A stretch of 64,000 nucleotides of DNA. Origin: a virus. Shown in pieces: positions 47,253-57,260 of the stretch. The notes beneath the pieces are model-generated. The model ran no database searches. It was not told the origin of the DNA and saw nothing but the letters and a program-made list of their open reading frames with translations. The translations under genes and the position numbers were made by a program. The stretch's first letter is position 1. The number at the start of each line of letters is the position of its first letter. The stretch lies in IMG/VR virus record IMGVR_UViG_3300020183_000009; one strand, given 5' to 3'.

Positions 47253-47471
47253 TTATTCTACATAATCTATAACTTTATTCATAGTGTTATCATCCACAAT
47301 TTCAGTATTAGAATCTTGTGTTGTTACACCGTTAAAAGAATTTTTTATCTTCAGAACTAAAAATATAAACATAACAACAGTTCCAATCAATAACCATTTC
47401 AAAACTATTTTCCAAAATCTGTAGATGATATATAGGGTGATACCTATAGCAATTAACCATTCCATATTCAA
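47253..47471 (-). CDS. Small membrane protein
   Basis: Two hydrophobic segments. Confidence 0.65.
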   Translation of the reverse strand: MNMEWLIAIGITLYIIYRFWKIVLKWLLIGTVVMFIFLVLKIKNSFNGVTTQDSNTEIVDDNTMNKVIDYVE

Positions 47472-47473
47472 TA

Positions 47474-47749
47474 TTATTTAGTTACTAAAGCCTCAATTTT
47501 ACTTTTTGCGTGGTCCGCCAAGTCATACTTCTCAACTGAAGTTAGTACAACTGAATCTACTAAGTGTTTGTACGGTACGTGTACCAAGAAATCAACTCCG
47601 TTAAAGAACGTCAAGTCATTTTTAAGTTCAAGACACCCGTGAACCATTTTCAAGAAGATTTTGAATTGAGTTGCGTCAACAAATGTCTCGTTGATTAGTT
47701 TTCCAAACTTTTCGTTTTCGATTCTGATGTTATAAGTCGATGTGTTCAT
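47474..47749 (-). CDS. Hypothetical early protein
   Basis: TATATTTG at 47769-47776. Confidence 0.7.
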   Translation of the reverse strand: MNTSTYNIRIENEKFGKLINETFVDATQFKIFLKMVHGCLELKNDLTFFNGVDFLVHVPYKHLVDSVVLTSVEKYDLADHAKSKIEALVTK

Positions 47750-47782
47750 ACCAATTATTTTATTTAGACAAATATAGAAATA

Positions 47783-48559
47783 TTATTTCATTTTTCCTAA
47801 TGCTTCGATTATAGAATCTACACTGTTATTACCCATGTAAGTACGGTCAATATTGAAAACTACGTCTCCATTAACATCTTTATAAGAAAGGACAATAACA
47901 CTTCCGTTACTATGTTTAACTACTATTTGTTTATGGTTAGTACTGATTCCATTTTCAGTTCTTCCACCGAAATTAACTTCCGTATTATAACCCCAATATT
48001 TATTAAAGGCTAATTCAAAAGCTCTTGATTTAAGTTCAGCTTGTTTTTGTTTATGGTTATACGTATTCCAAAGACCATCAACGTATGCTTTAACCTTTTC
48101 AACCACAGGTCGTCCTGTTTTGAAGTATTTTTTATCATCTTCCCAATTACATGTTACTTTAAGTTTGTAACCGTGGTTAACAGTTCTCCATGAACCTCTT
48201 GGTTTTGTTTTATGCTCTTCAACATAAATTCTGATTCGGCAATTTTCACCTTCAGGTAGTTTACCTGTGTAAACAATCTCCATATCATTAAAATCAGAAG
48301 AAATCTCTCCAACTAACACTCTTTGTGAGTTATAATTATATTTACCTTCAGCGTCGACAATATAAGGTTGTACTTGCCATCTTTGGGTTCTAGGTGTTCT
48401 CTTTAATTCAAAGTCAGGAGAGTATTTAAGTAACTCGTTAAAGTACTTAACCCACTCAGACTCGTAGTTATTTCTATCAGCTTTAAATGTGTCCGCATTT
48501 CTTTGTACACTAGCAATGGTTTCTTTGATATGTTTCTGTTGTAGTTCTTTCTGTGTCAT
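47783..48559 (-). CDS. Hypothetical early protein
   Basis: TATCTTTG at 48593-48600; start MTQKE. Confidence 0.75.
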   Translation of the reverse strand: MTQKELQQKHIKETIASVQRNADTFKADRNNYESEWVKYFNELLKYSPDFELKRTPRTQRWQVQPYIVDAEGKYNYNSQRVLVGEISSDFNDMEIVYTGKLPEGENCRIRIYVEEHKTKPRGSWRTVNHGYKLKVTCNWEDDKKYFKTGRPVVEKVKAYVDGLWNTYNHKQKQAELKSRAFELAFNKYWGYNTEVNFGGRTENGISTNHKQIVVKHSNGSVIVLSYKDVNGDVVFNIDRTYMGNNSVDSIIEALGKMK

Positions 48560-48627
48560 GGCGTAAGGGTATTTGTATCTGTTTGTAGAATACAAAGATA
48601 GTAAAAAATATTACATCACCAAAATTA

Positions 48628-48864
48628 TTATTCAGTTTTATTAATAAAAGATTGTCTTTTATATATTACTAAATTTTCAAGTGGTAAAATAACGTCATAA
48701 TGATAATCTCTCCAATATTTGTCAGGAGTCCTTTTCATTAATTGATTTTTAAAATTTCTAACCAATTGGTTGGTGGCATGTGTCTGTTGGTATGTCTCAC
48801 AAGAGTCAATTACTTTTTCTATCCATTTTGATACGTCTCCGTAGTGCATACTTTTTTTTTCCAT
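48628..48864 (-). CDS. Hypothetical protein
   Basis: KVIDSCET..Q; last gene after the KSE array. Confidence 0.7.
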   Translation of the reverse strand: MEKKSMHYGDVSKWIEKVIDSCETYQQTHATNQLVRNFKNQLMKRTPDKYWRDYHYDVILPLENLVIYKRQSFINKTE

Positions 48865-48865
48865 C

Positions 48866-49054
48866 TTATTCTGATTTAAAGGTTAACTCATCTAATTTTA
48901 TCTGGTACTCTTTACCGTCTTTGAAGCCTTTTAGGTATTCCTCTGCCTTTTGAACTCTCTCTTTTGCTTTGGCTTGTTCAAATTTTACTACAAAATCATT
49001 TGGTATAATGTGTTTTATTTCATCATATAACCATTCTACTGCTGTCTGTTTCAT
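48866..49054 (-). CDS. AVEWL/KSE-array protein
   Basis: MKQTAVEWL...TFKSE*. Confidence 0.75.
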   Translation of the reverse strand: MKQTAVEWLYDEIKHIIPNDFVVKFEQAKAKERVQKAEEYLKGFKDGKEYQIKLDELTFKSE

Positions 49055-49055
49055 C

Positions 49056-49280
49056 TTATTCTGATTTAAATGTTTCTTTGTAGTATTGTTCTGCTCTTTC
49101 ATAATCATAAGCACAAATGTCAAATCCATAATTATTTGCAAACTCTATTATCTGCTCCTTTTCCATTTGCTTGGCTTGGTCAAATCTTTCAATAAAATCT
49201 GTATGAAGACCTCCAAAATCTTTACACATTTCTTTAAATTCATTTTCTAACCATTCTACGGCACTAATTTGTTTTTCCAT
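49056..49280 (-). CDS. AVEWL/KSE-array protein
   Basis: MEKQISAVEWL...TFKSE*. Confidence 0.75.
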   Translation of the reverse strand: MEKQISAVEWLENEFKEMCKDFGGLHTDFIERFDQAKQMEKEQIIEFANNYGFDICAYDYERAEQYYKETFKSE

Positions 49281-49281
49281 C

Positions 49282-49458
49282 TTATTCTGATTTAAAGGTT
49301 AATAATTTTCTTTTTGCTATTTCAATTTGTTTTTTAAAATAATAAGGTTTTAATTTATTTGATTTTCTATTGCATATTTCAATCATTTCTTTACAGTAGT
49401 CAATATGTTTTCCAAGTTTATTTTTACTTCGGTCTATAATTCTAAATGGGTTATTCAT
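49282..49458 (-). CDS. KSE-array basic protein, 58 aa (not in track)
   Basis: MNNPFRIIDR...LTFKSE*. Confidence 0.65.
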   Translation of the reverse strand: MNNPFRIIDRSKNKLGKHIDYCKEMIEICNRKSNKLKPYYFKKQIEIAKRKLLTFKSE

Positions 49459-49459
49459 C

Positions 49460-49678
49460 TTATTCTGATTTAATTGATTCTATTGGCTCTGCACCTTTTT
49501 GATACATAGGGGATGATACAATAACGTGTATTTGTTCTTTACCTAAATCACCTTTACAATGTGGGCAACACTTGTTTTCAATCATTTCAATAATGGCTTG
49601 TTCATTATATGCTTTGCCAATGATTTTTGCCAATCTTTTTTCCCATAATAAAAATTGACCTAATTCTGCTTTTTTCAT
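49460..49678 (-). CDS. KSE-array protein with CxxC
   Basis: CCPHC; ends SIKSE*. Confidence 0.7.
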   Translation of the reverse strand: MKKAELGQFLLWEKRLAKIIGKAYNEQAIIEMIENKCCPHCKGDLGKEQIHVIVSSPMYQKGAEPIESIKSE

Positions 49679-49981
49679 TTATTCTGATTTAAAGGTTAAA
49701 TTCATTTGTATTCTGTTTAATATTTTATTCAATTCTTCTTTGTCTTTATTGGTAATTGGAATATCTGTACTCATAATTTGTTTACTTGAACCAAAGGTTA
49801 ATTCATCTAATTTTATCTGATATTCTTTACCATCTTTGAATCCTTTTAGGTATTCCTCTGCCTTTTGAACTCTCTCTTTTGCTTTGGCTTGTTCAAATAC
49901 TTCAATATTGATATAGCGGGTGGATTTTGAAATATTTAGGTTAGCAAATAACCATTCTACGGCACTAATTTGTTTTTCCAT
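49679..49981 (-). CDS. AVEWL/KSE-array protein
   Basis: MEKQISAVEWL...TFKSE*; shares a 35-aa block with 48866. Confidence 0.75.
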   Translation of the reverse strand: MEKQISAVEWLFANLNISKSTRYINIEVFEQAKAKERVQKAEEYLKGFKDGKEYQIKLDELTFGSSKQIMSTDIPITNKDKEELNKILNRIQMNLTFKSE

Positions 49982-49982
49982 A

Positions 49983-50414
49983 TTAATATTCTTTTTTAAG
50001 TTCTCTATATATATCTCTTTCTTTAATTGTTTCTCTTTTATCGTATAGTTTTTTACCTCTACCTAACACTATTTCAACTTTAACCAAACCTTTATCATTC
50101 ATAAAAACTTTATATGGTAAAATAGTAAAACCTTTCACCAAATTATTACTCAATCGATTTAATTCTTTCTTTTTTAACAAAAGTTTTCTATCTCTTTTTG
50201 CATTGTGAGTAAAAGCATCTTTAGTTTCAGATATGAGGATATTTTTAACAAATAATTCCCCATTATTAAAATAACAGAATGAGTCGTTCATGGATATCTT
50301 ACCGTTTCTAATGGACTTTATCTCGGTCCCTTGTAGAACGATACCAGCAGTATAAGTTTCTAATATGTGATATTCAAATCTTACTTTCCTATTTTCAATA
50401 TAAACTTTACCCAT
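49983..50414 (-). CDS. smpB: SsrA-binding protein SmpB
   Basis: NRKVRFEY, AGIVLQGTEIKSIR, RKLLLKKKE, GKKLYDKRETIKERD. Confidence 0.95.
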   Translation of the reverse strand: MGKVYIENRKVRFEYHILETYTAGIVLQGTEIKSIRNGKISMNDSFCYFNNGELFVKNILISETKDAFTHNAKRDRKLLLKKKELNRLSNNLVKGFTILPYKVFMNDKGLVKVEIVLGRGKKLYDKRETIKERDIYRELKKEY

Positions 50415-50553
50415 AGGAGCAAATATACGAAATAAAAACAAAAAACCCTAACAAATGGCTAAATTTGTTAGGGTTAATTACTACCAACTTAAAGAAAGGG
50501 GTTGTTGGGGCTATGTAAGATATAAATATATCAATATTATTAAAAAATATAAT

Positions 50554-50970
50554 TTATTTTAAAATTTTTTCAATAATACCATGTAACTGGGTATTTGATT
50601 TGATTGGGAGTTTATCTAACTTGAAATACCCGTAATCGATGTGTTCGTCCCCATCTTGAGCATTTTCTAAATCAGGTATTAATTTTTTGTCAGAATTATA
50701 AAGAAAAACGTAAAATAACCCTTCAGAATCATTTTTACCTTTAGTCTTACCATTCATAAACCCAACAAGTTTGATTTTGTCTTTAAGTTTATGACCTGTC
50801 TCTTCAAAAAACTCTCTTTTAGCACCGACCATTGCATTTTCACTATCTTCAACATTCCCACAAGGTATAGACCATTGTCCTGACATATCACCTTCATAAT
50901 TACGTTGACACATGAGAACTTCGTCCCCGCATTTAACAATTATCCCTGCATATCTCTTAGGTTGATTCAT
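50554..50970 (-). CDS. NUDIX hydrolase
   Basis: WSIPCGNVEDSE....AKREFFEETG. Confidence 0.85.
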   Translation of the reverse strand: MNQPKRYAGIIVKCGDEVLMCQRNYEGDMSGQWSIPCGNVEDSENAMVGAKREFFEETGHKLKDKIKLVGFMNGKTKGKNDSEGLFYVFLYNSDKKLIPDLENAQDGDEHIDYGYFKLDKLPIKSNTQLHGIIEKILK

Positions 50971-50995
50971 TACAATAGTTGGTATATTTATAATT

Positions 50996-51337
50996 ATGAG
51001 ATTAAAGATAAAAAATAATACATTTAAAATCAAAACAGTCTTTTCACAAAAAGACACTCAAAAAGGGATGATGGGTCGTAAATTTAATTCAACATTTAAT
51101 GGTATGTTGTTCTTAATGAATGAAGGTCAACATTGTTTTTGGATGAAGAACTGTATTATACCTTTAGATATCATTTTTATTAATGGTAATAAAATAACCG
51201 AAATACATCATAATTGTCCTCCATGTAAAACTGAAGAATGTGATAATTTTTGTGGTGAGGGTGATACGATATTGGAGGTTAAGGGAGGTACTTGTAAAAG
51301 TCTATATATCAATATTGGTGATACTATCCATTTTTAA
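50996..51337 (+). CDS. DUF192 family protein
   Basis: GMMGR..GMLF..FWMKN..PLDIIFI..ILEV.GG. Confidence 0.85.
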   Translation: MRLKIKNNTFKIKTVFSQKDTQKGMMGRKFNSTFNGMLFLMNEGQHCFWMKNCIIPLDIIFINGNKITEIHHNCPPCKTEECDNFCGEGDTILEVKGGTCKSLYINIGDTIHF

Positions 51338-52730
51338 TTTTATCCTCCAAAACTCTAACAAATTCACTCTGAACCATTTTGGTAAATTTTACATATGGAG
51401 CGTCGTCAGAATCAGGGTTATATTTGTATTTGTTGGCAGGTGGTCTTTTACTTCTACCCATATAATTTAAACCTGAAATATTCGTAATACACTTGTGTCC
51501 TCCACTATTGGCCTGAATAACATCCCAAGCGGTTACAGTAATATTATCCAACATCTCTTTTTCTTCTTCACTTAAAGATGTAAATGGTTGGTTCATCATT
51601 TCTCCAATATCCTTTAATTTTTGTTTACCATTTTCCATGGTTTTAAAATCATTTCCGTAGATAGCAACAAAATCTTTAAAAGTAAAACCAACGGAATGTC
51701 CACCAAATTCTTTAGAAAATTCAGAAACCCATTTTATAGTTGATAATGGTATATCTCTTCTTTTAAGTTGTGACTCCCATTTAGATAAAACTTCTTGACC
51801 CATCTCACCTAAATTAACACCTTTCAATTCTCTATCTTCCTTAAATGGGTTGCAAGACGCTTGTACTAAACCTAAAGGCCAAGCGATAACTAAAAAATCA
51901 GCTTCAGGATTATTTTTAAATGGTGTGTACCTATCATAAGAACCTGGTACCATTGTACTACCACCACCGTATTGTACGATAACATTACCCATAACTTTAA
52001 CATTAGGGTGTGATTTCATCTGTTGGATATATCCTTCTTTGTTTTTTTGTAACTGTTCTTGCCCTACGTAACCCTTTTCAACCATAATTCTTTTTATGTT
52101 TTGAAGTAGGTTCATGATTGATGGTGTTGTGGTCATTACAAGTTCTTCAAGGAAACCTGGTTTGTTTTTAAACGCCAATAATAATTTATTTGCAACTAAC
52201 CCTAAAGCCATTTTATTTTTTTGTAATCCTTTTTCTTTATCTAATCTGAAAAGATAATTGATAACCTCGTCAACACTTATTTTATTAGCCGCATAATTTG
52301 CCGAATCCACAGTAGATATTAACAATAAGTCGTCACTTGAGAAGATTTCTTTTGGTGAAACTACTTGTGAAATGGTTTCAACATTTGACCTTGATTGTCT
52401 AAAAGATGTTGACTTGGTGTCTTCAGCACCTGCTTGTCTATCATGGTGGTCTGTATGTATAACAAACATTGGTTTACCATGGGCGAAATCCACTAAAACA
52501 GGCATCACATCACCAGTCGCATCATTTTTTTTTACGGCAAATTCTTTATCCCCATATTGGATTACGTGAGTATCAATAACATTAATACCATTACTTTCTA
52601 AGTAATGTTTCATAGCGATTGCCGTGGCAACTCCATCTAAATCTTGGTGAAAGTATATTTCGGCTTTAGGGTATCTTCTAGCTAATTTTCTAATGTCCCT
52701 TAAACCACTCTCTTTGATAAGTCTTTTCAC
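51324..52730 (-). CDS. DHH-family phosphoesterase with LIKES leader
   Basis: HQDLDG, LVDFA, TDHH, C-terminal GGH. Confidence 0.8.
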   Translation of the reverse strand: MKRLIKESGLRDIRKLARRYPKAEIYFHQDLDGVATAIAMKHYLESNGINVIDTHVIQYGDKEFAVKKNDATGDVMPVLVDFAHGKPMFVIHTDHHDRQAGAEDTKSTSFRQSRSNVETISQVVSPKEIFSSDDLLLISTVDSANYAANKISVDEVINYLFRLDKEKGLQKNKMALGLVANKLLLAFKNKPGFLEELVMTTTPSIMNLLQNIKRIMVEKGYVGQEQLQKNKEGYIQQMKSHPNVKVMGNVIVQYGGGSTMVPGSYDRYTPFKNNPEADFLVIAWPLGLVQASCNPFKEDRELKGVNLGEMGQEVLSKWESQLKRRDIPLSTIKWVSEFSKEFGGHSVGFTFKDFVAIYGNDFKTMENGKQKLKDIGEMMNQPFTSLSEEEKEMLDNITVTAWDVIQANSGGHKCITNISGLNYMGRSKRPPANKYKYNPDSDDAPYVKFTKMVQSEFVRVLEDKIKNG

Positions 52731-52737
52731 TATATAG

Positions 52738-53907
52738 TTAAATAAATAATTTTGTTAATATAGACACGGGGTCAATACCTCCTCCGCTTGATGATTGTGT
52801 TGGTGGTGACATGATAGTTGATGGTGGAGGAGCCACATTACCTCCCATATCATCAGCCCAAAGTCTTTGGGCTTGGGGTAATTGAGCGTATTCTGAATAT
52901 AATTTATTTGCTTCGTCAGCACCTCCCACGGCATTTTCAATTTCTTCAGGCCCTACAAAATTACCAACCCCTAACCAATCTAAAAAACCAGCATAAAACT
53001 TAGTTCTTCTCATAAGTGACCTGGTAGCGGGATTTCCTCCGAAAATTCTTGGTACTCCCGCTTGTAATTTAGACCATAAACTAGCATCAGATTTCATAAA
53101 CGATAACCAACTATTTTTACCCGTACCATAATCTCTGAATATTCTAACAGGGTTTTGTTTTGTTAAAACACCTAACTGTGCCTTTTCAGCTGCTGCCAAT
53201 GTTTTAGCCCCTGAAACTCCTTTTCCTATCTTACTAGCATCTTTAAATCCTTTACCAAGTTTTATCGCGTCCTTGCTAAATTCGACCGCACTTTTAACTT
53301 TTTGCTTGTTTTTCATTAACTTACCAGCGTCGTCAAAAACTTTAACGTAATCTGTGACTCCTTTCATCATTGAGCCCGACGCTTTCCCACTTGTACCAAG
53401 TTTACTTAATAAAGTAGTACCCCATTTAGGTGTTGAGGATACTAATTTTGATATTGGTCCTCCCGCAGCTTTTGCAGTTTCTGCAACTTTAGCCGCGTCT
53501 CCAACTGCTGACGCAGTTCTAAATGCTTTAACCGCATCACCCCCAAGTTTTAAAGAACCAACAACTGGTTTAGCTATTAAATCACCTAACACAGGTAAAA
53601 CCGATATCCAAGATAATATTGCGAATAATTTATCCCCTTGTCTCCAATAACTTATACCGTTTACAAGGTCCACTATACCTGTAGGGTCGAAAATACCGAC
53701 AATATCACCTACAGTGTTATACCATCTTGATTCTTTCAAAAGATATGATTTTTCAGGAAAAAGAGACTTTAAAGTTTCAATAACAAAAGTTCTATCTTTA
53801 CCTGATAATTTTTCCCATTTTTCATTAATATAGTTAAGTTGTTCCTCTTTATAAATTTGGACTAACTTCTCTCTAAATTCAGATTCATTTATATAAGCAT
53901 TATTCAT
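52738..53907 (-). CDS. Gly/Ala-rich protein with pre-toxin-TG-like segment (putative virion/ejected protein)
   Basis: DIVGIFDPTGIVDLVNGISYWRQGD..ISVLPVLGD; INE/LKE sites in the N-terminus. Confidence 0.6.
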   Translation of the reverse strand: MNNAYINESEFREKLVQIYKEEQLNYINEKWEKLSGKDRTFVIETLKSLFPEKSYLLKESRWYNTVGDIVGIFDPTGIVDLVNGISYWRQGDKLFAILSWISVLPVLGDLIAKPVVGSLKLGGDAVKAFRTASAVGDAAKVAETAKAAGGPISKLVSSTPKWGTTLLSKLGTSGKASGSMMKGVTDYVKVFDDAGKLMKNKQKVKSAVEFSKDAIKLGKGFKDASKIGKGVSGAKTLAAAEKAQLGVLTKQNPVRIFRDYGTGKNSWLSFMKSDASLWSKLQAGVPRIFGGNPATRSLMRRTKFYAGFLDWLGVGNFVGPEEIENAVGGADEANKLYSEYAQLPQAQRLWADDMGGNVAPPPSTIMSPPTQSSSGGGIDPVSILTKLFI

Positions 53908-53944
53908 TAGAAAATGTTTTTAATATAAATACCTACATAAATCA

Positions 53945-53972
53945 AAAATCCCACTTATAATTGTGGGATTTC
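53945..53972. terminator. Intrinsic terminator
   Basis: aaatcccac..gtgggattt. Confidence 0.75.
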
Positions 53973-54806
53973 TTTTATTTGTTCTAACGTCTTAAATAAA
54001 TTAACTCTTGATTCAGCTACTTTACAATAGTCGGGTGACAATTCAATACCTAACCATCTTCTATCAAGTATTTGAGCAGCTACTAAACTAGTTCCACTAC
54101 CAACAAACGGGTCCAAAACTATATCGTTCTTGTAGGACAATATTTTAATCGCTTTGGTTGGTATGTCCATGGAGAAAGTAGCCTTGGTGAGTGACCTAGT
54201 GTCAGCAAAATAATTCCACTGACCATACACAAGTTGAATAAATTCTTTTTTATCTGTTTCTTCATATATAACTTTCTTTTTTGTAGTTCCGTCAGGTTGT
54301 TCAACATCGGTTATTTGACCTTTCCATTGTGGTTCACCTTTAACTTTTTTAATGTGGTATTTTTTATAAGCTAAAATAACACATTCTTTTGGGTTATAAA
54401 TATAAGGACTTGATGGTGACATCCATGAACCCCATGCAGTGGTTTTACTTCTATGTGGGGACTCTTCTTCAAGGTCAACAATACCGAAGAAACCATATCC
54501 AATCTCTTTCATAATTTGCCACATCTCAGATACGAAAAATATTCTCCCACCTTTCTTTTGTCTGTTAATTTCGTAGGGAATGTTTAACGCAATTCTTCCA
54601 TCGTCTTTTAATACCCGATATACCTGAGATAACCAATCACGACTAAAGATTTTATAATCTTCAAATTCAACATCATCATTATGAACATCATAATCAATAC
54701 CAACACCATAAGGACAACTAGTAACAACAAGGTCGACTGATGATTCTGGTAATGTTTTCATAACCTCAACACAGTCACCATTTATTATTTTTTCAGTTTC
54801 TATCAT
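53955..54806 (-). CDS. Beta-class N4-C/N6-A DNA methyltransferase
   Basis: INGDC, VTSCPY, LDPFVGSGT, GIEL. Confidence 0.9.
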   Translation of the reverse strand: MIETEKIINGDCVEVMKTLPESSVDLVVTSCPYGVGIDYDVHNDDVEFEDYKIFSRDWLSQVYRVLKDDGRIALNIPYEINRQKKGGRIFFVSEMWQIMKEIGYGFFGIVDLEEESPHRSKTTAWGSWMSPSSPYIYNPKECVILAYKKYHIKKVKGEPQWKGQITDVEQPDGTTKKKVIYEETDKKEFIQLVYGQWNYFADTRSLTKATFSMDIPTKAIKILSYKNDIVLDPFVGSGTSLVAAQILDRRWLGIELSPDYCKVAESRVNLFKTLEQIKEIPQL

Positions 54807-54902
54807 ATTCTTAATTAAATCCCCGTCCGCAATGAACCATTGCATTAATTTTTTCTTTTCTTATATAAGAAAAATAATCATTAATTTTTTTTAATATTTT
54901 TT

Positions 54903-55553
54903 TCATTTATCTAAAGTTATACTGTTATTAAAAATTTTAGTATTATTAAAAACAATATCAGGGGTTACTTTTATCATTAAAGCGGTATTTGTCTTAGATT
55001 TTATACAATTTTTGTTTTCAAAATTATTAATAGTTGTATTAAATCTTGTTATAGAAGTATAACTACCTGTTTTTAATTTATCAATGTCTAACCCTATAAA
55101 ATCAGTTGTTATAACATCATAAAAATTAGGCAAATCCCTTACTAAAGTTTTATCTTTAAATGATATCCAATCGTGATTATATTGTTTGAACTCATACAAT
55201 TTATTAATTGATGTTTTCAATCCTTTTTCTAAATCCTCAACATTTTTAAAATCTATCAGTATTTTGAATATATAATTCTCATAATCTTCCGTTATTACCA
55301 CATTGGTTATTCCTTCTTGTTGTATTAACGACTTTTTAAAATTTAAGATTTTTTCTTGTATGTCTGTTTTACTTAAAACTTTTTTACCATTTAAACTATC
55401 TAAAGCTAATATCGAACTTACTTTAGTCTTACTTGAGCTTAGATTTAATGTATATTTAAAAGTCCCAGACCCATCTAAATTTATTTTTAAATCATCAATT
55501 AATTCAACACAAGAAGTTAAAAATAAGATTAATAAAAAATAAATAATTTTCAT
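54903..55553 (-). CDS. Putative lipoprotein
   Basis: LTSC lipobox; IN.DGSG. Confidence 0.7.
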   Translation of the reverse strand: MKIIYFLLILFLTSCVELIDDLKINLDGSGTFKYTLNLSSSKTKVSSILALDSLNGKKVLSKTDIQEKILNFKKSLIQQEGITNVVITEDYENYIFKILIDFKNVEDLEKGLKTSINKLYEFKQYNHDWISFKDKTLVRDLPNFYDVITTDFIGLDIDKLKTGSYTSITRFNTTINNFENKNCIKSKTNTALMIKVTPDIVFNNTKIFNNSITLDK

Positions 55554-55768
55554 TTATTTTCCAATGTTTCAATATGATGATTTAAATACCAAAGAGCTTT
55601 TTTAAGGTCCTGAAGTTCTTTATCAGAATCTTTTTTCCCCGCTCTTGAGATATACTTTACGGTATTTCCCAAACTGAACCCCAAGTCCCAAGCATCAATC
55701 ACTTTAATGGCTTCATATGGGTTTGATTCTCCTCCATAATGTTCTGGATGATTTACTTGTTCACTCAT
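55550..55768 (-). CDS. DUF3310 family protein
   Basis: VNHPEHY..GNTVKYISRAGKK..DLKKALWYL. Confidence 0.9.
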   Translation of the reverse strand: MSEQVNHPEHYGGESNPYEAIKVIDAWDLGFSLGNTVKYISRAGKKDSDKELQDLKKALWYLNHHIETLENK

Positions 55769-55769
55769 T

Positions 55770-56885
55770 TTAATCTTCTTTATATTCGTTCAATAATTCC
55801 TCACTTGTAAGAATACCATTATATTTCTTTGCAACCTCATCAAAATTTTTAACACTTACATTACTAAACATATTTTGAACTGTTTCATCAAGTTCATTTG
55901 CCATATCAATGGTGTCAGAAATAACTTTTATAATTTCGTAAGGATTTGCATTTGATGCAGGTCTTCTATCTTCAATATAACCTTTCCATTCTTTAGCGGT
56001 TGATAATGGTACTCGTATTGAGGCTCCTCTATCACTTACACCCCAACTAAATTTATTAATTGATTGTGTTTCATATTTACCTGTTAACCTTAAATCATTA
56101 TCGGAACCATAAACTTCAATGTGAGTATCTCTTCGTGATTCTAAAGCATTAAATAAAGAATTGAAATACTTTTCCCCACCCTCATTTCTCATTTTGTGTG
56201 TTGAAAAATTAGTGTGGAGCCCTGACCCGTTCCATTCTCCGATTCTCAATGGTTTAGGGTGATATTCAATCCAATAACCGTATTTTTCTGAAAGTTTTTC
56301 CATTAAATATCTTGACATCCATAGGTCGTCCCCAGCTTTTAATTTACCTTGTGAGAATACTTGGTATTCCCATTGACCTAAAGCAACTTCAGCATTTACA
56401 CCTGTTATATTTATACCCATACTTAAACATAAATCCATATGTTCTTCAACAATATTTCTACCTATTACATTATGTCCAACACCACAATAATATTTACCTT
56501 GTGGTTCAATAAAACCTTTAGTATGTCCTAATATTTGTCCTCCCAATTCTCGTATAAAGTACTCTTGTTCAAACCCAAACCACATGTCTCTATCTTCCTC
56601 ACCCAATTTAGCTCTTTGATTTGTTTCATGCGGTGTTCCGTCAGAATTCATTACTTCACATAATACATAAACCCTATCAACACAACCTACTTCACGATAC
56701 ATTCTCACAGGTTTTAGAATACAATCTGATTTATCACCTTCAGCCTGTAAGGTAGAAGAACCATCAAAATTCCATTCAGGGATTGATGTGAAATCTGTAA
56801 CGTCAATATTACTTACTTTAATTTTACTTCTCAAATTTGGTTCTGGTGTATAACCATCAAGCCAAATATACTCTATTTTTGTCAT
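55770..56885 (-). CDS. glnII: Glutamine synthetase type II
   Basis: EYIWLDG, WNFDGSST.QA, FGFEQEY, NAEVALGQWEYQ, WNGSGLHTNFS, GYIEDRRPASN. Confidence 0.92.
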   Translation of the reverse strand: MTKIEYIWLDGYTPEPNLRSKIKVSNIDVTDFTSIPEWNFDGSSTLQAEGDKSDCILKPVRMYREVGCVDRVYVLCEVMNSDGTPHETNQRAKLGEEDRDMWFGFEQEYFIRELGGQILGHTKGFIEPQGKYYCGVGHNVIGRNIVEEHMDLCLSMGINITGVNAEVALGQWEYQVFSQGKLKAGDDLWMSRYLMEKLSEKYGYWIEYHPKPLRIGEWNGSGLHTNFSTHKMRNEGGEKYFNSLFNALESRRDTHIEVYGSDNDLRLTGKYETQSINKFSWGVSDRGASIRVPLSTAKEWKGYIEDRRPASNANPYEIIKVISDTIDMANELDETVQNMFSNVSVKNFDEVAKKYNGILTSEELLNEYKED

Positions 56886-56887
56886 AT

Positions 56888-57079
56888 TTATAATTTTTTA
56901 CTTCCTTTTACTCGATATTCATTATCGACTTTAATTAATATATCGTCTTCAACTAATTCATCTAAAATATTTTTCGCCACATTCTCACTCACATTTAAAA
57001 GATTTTTGGATATATAATCAATACCCAATGGTTGTCTTAATTTAGACAACATTTTTTTAATTTTTGTCGAGTTCTCCAT
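56888..57079 (-). CDS. Small winged-helix-like protein
   Basis: IDYISK..SENVAKNILDELVED pattern. Confidence 0.5.
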   Translation of the reverse strand: MENSTKIKKMLSKLRQPLGIDYISKNLLNVSENVAKNILDELVEDDILIKVDNEYRVKGSKKL

Positions 57080-57260
57080 TTTTTATAATTTTTAATATAA
57101 TAGAATCTTCTACACCTTGATTGTGTAGGTCAAGTATTTTTTTAGATTTTTTGTCAGTTAAGAATAAAGCATCTGCGGAAAAGTAATTACTTAAAGGTTC
57201 GTTATTTTCTAACCTATTTAAAATATTTTCAAATTTTATAAACCTTTTATTAAACCCCAT
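57057..57260 (-). CDS. Hypothetical protein
   Basis: MGFNKR; coupled. Confidence 0.65.
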   Translation of the reverse strand: MGFNKRFIKFENILNRLENNEPLSNYFSADALFLTDKKSKKILDLHNQGVEDSIILKIIKNGELDKN

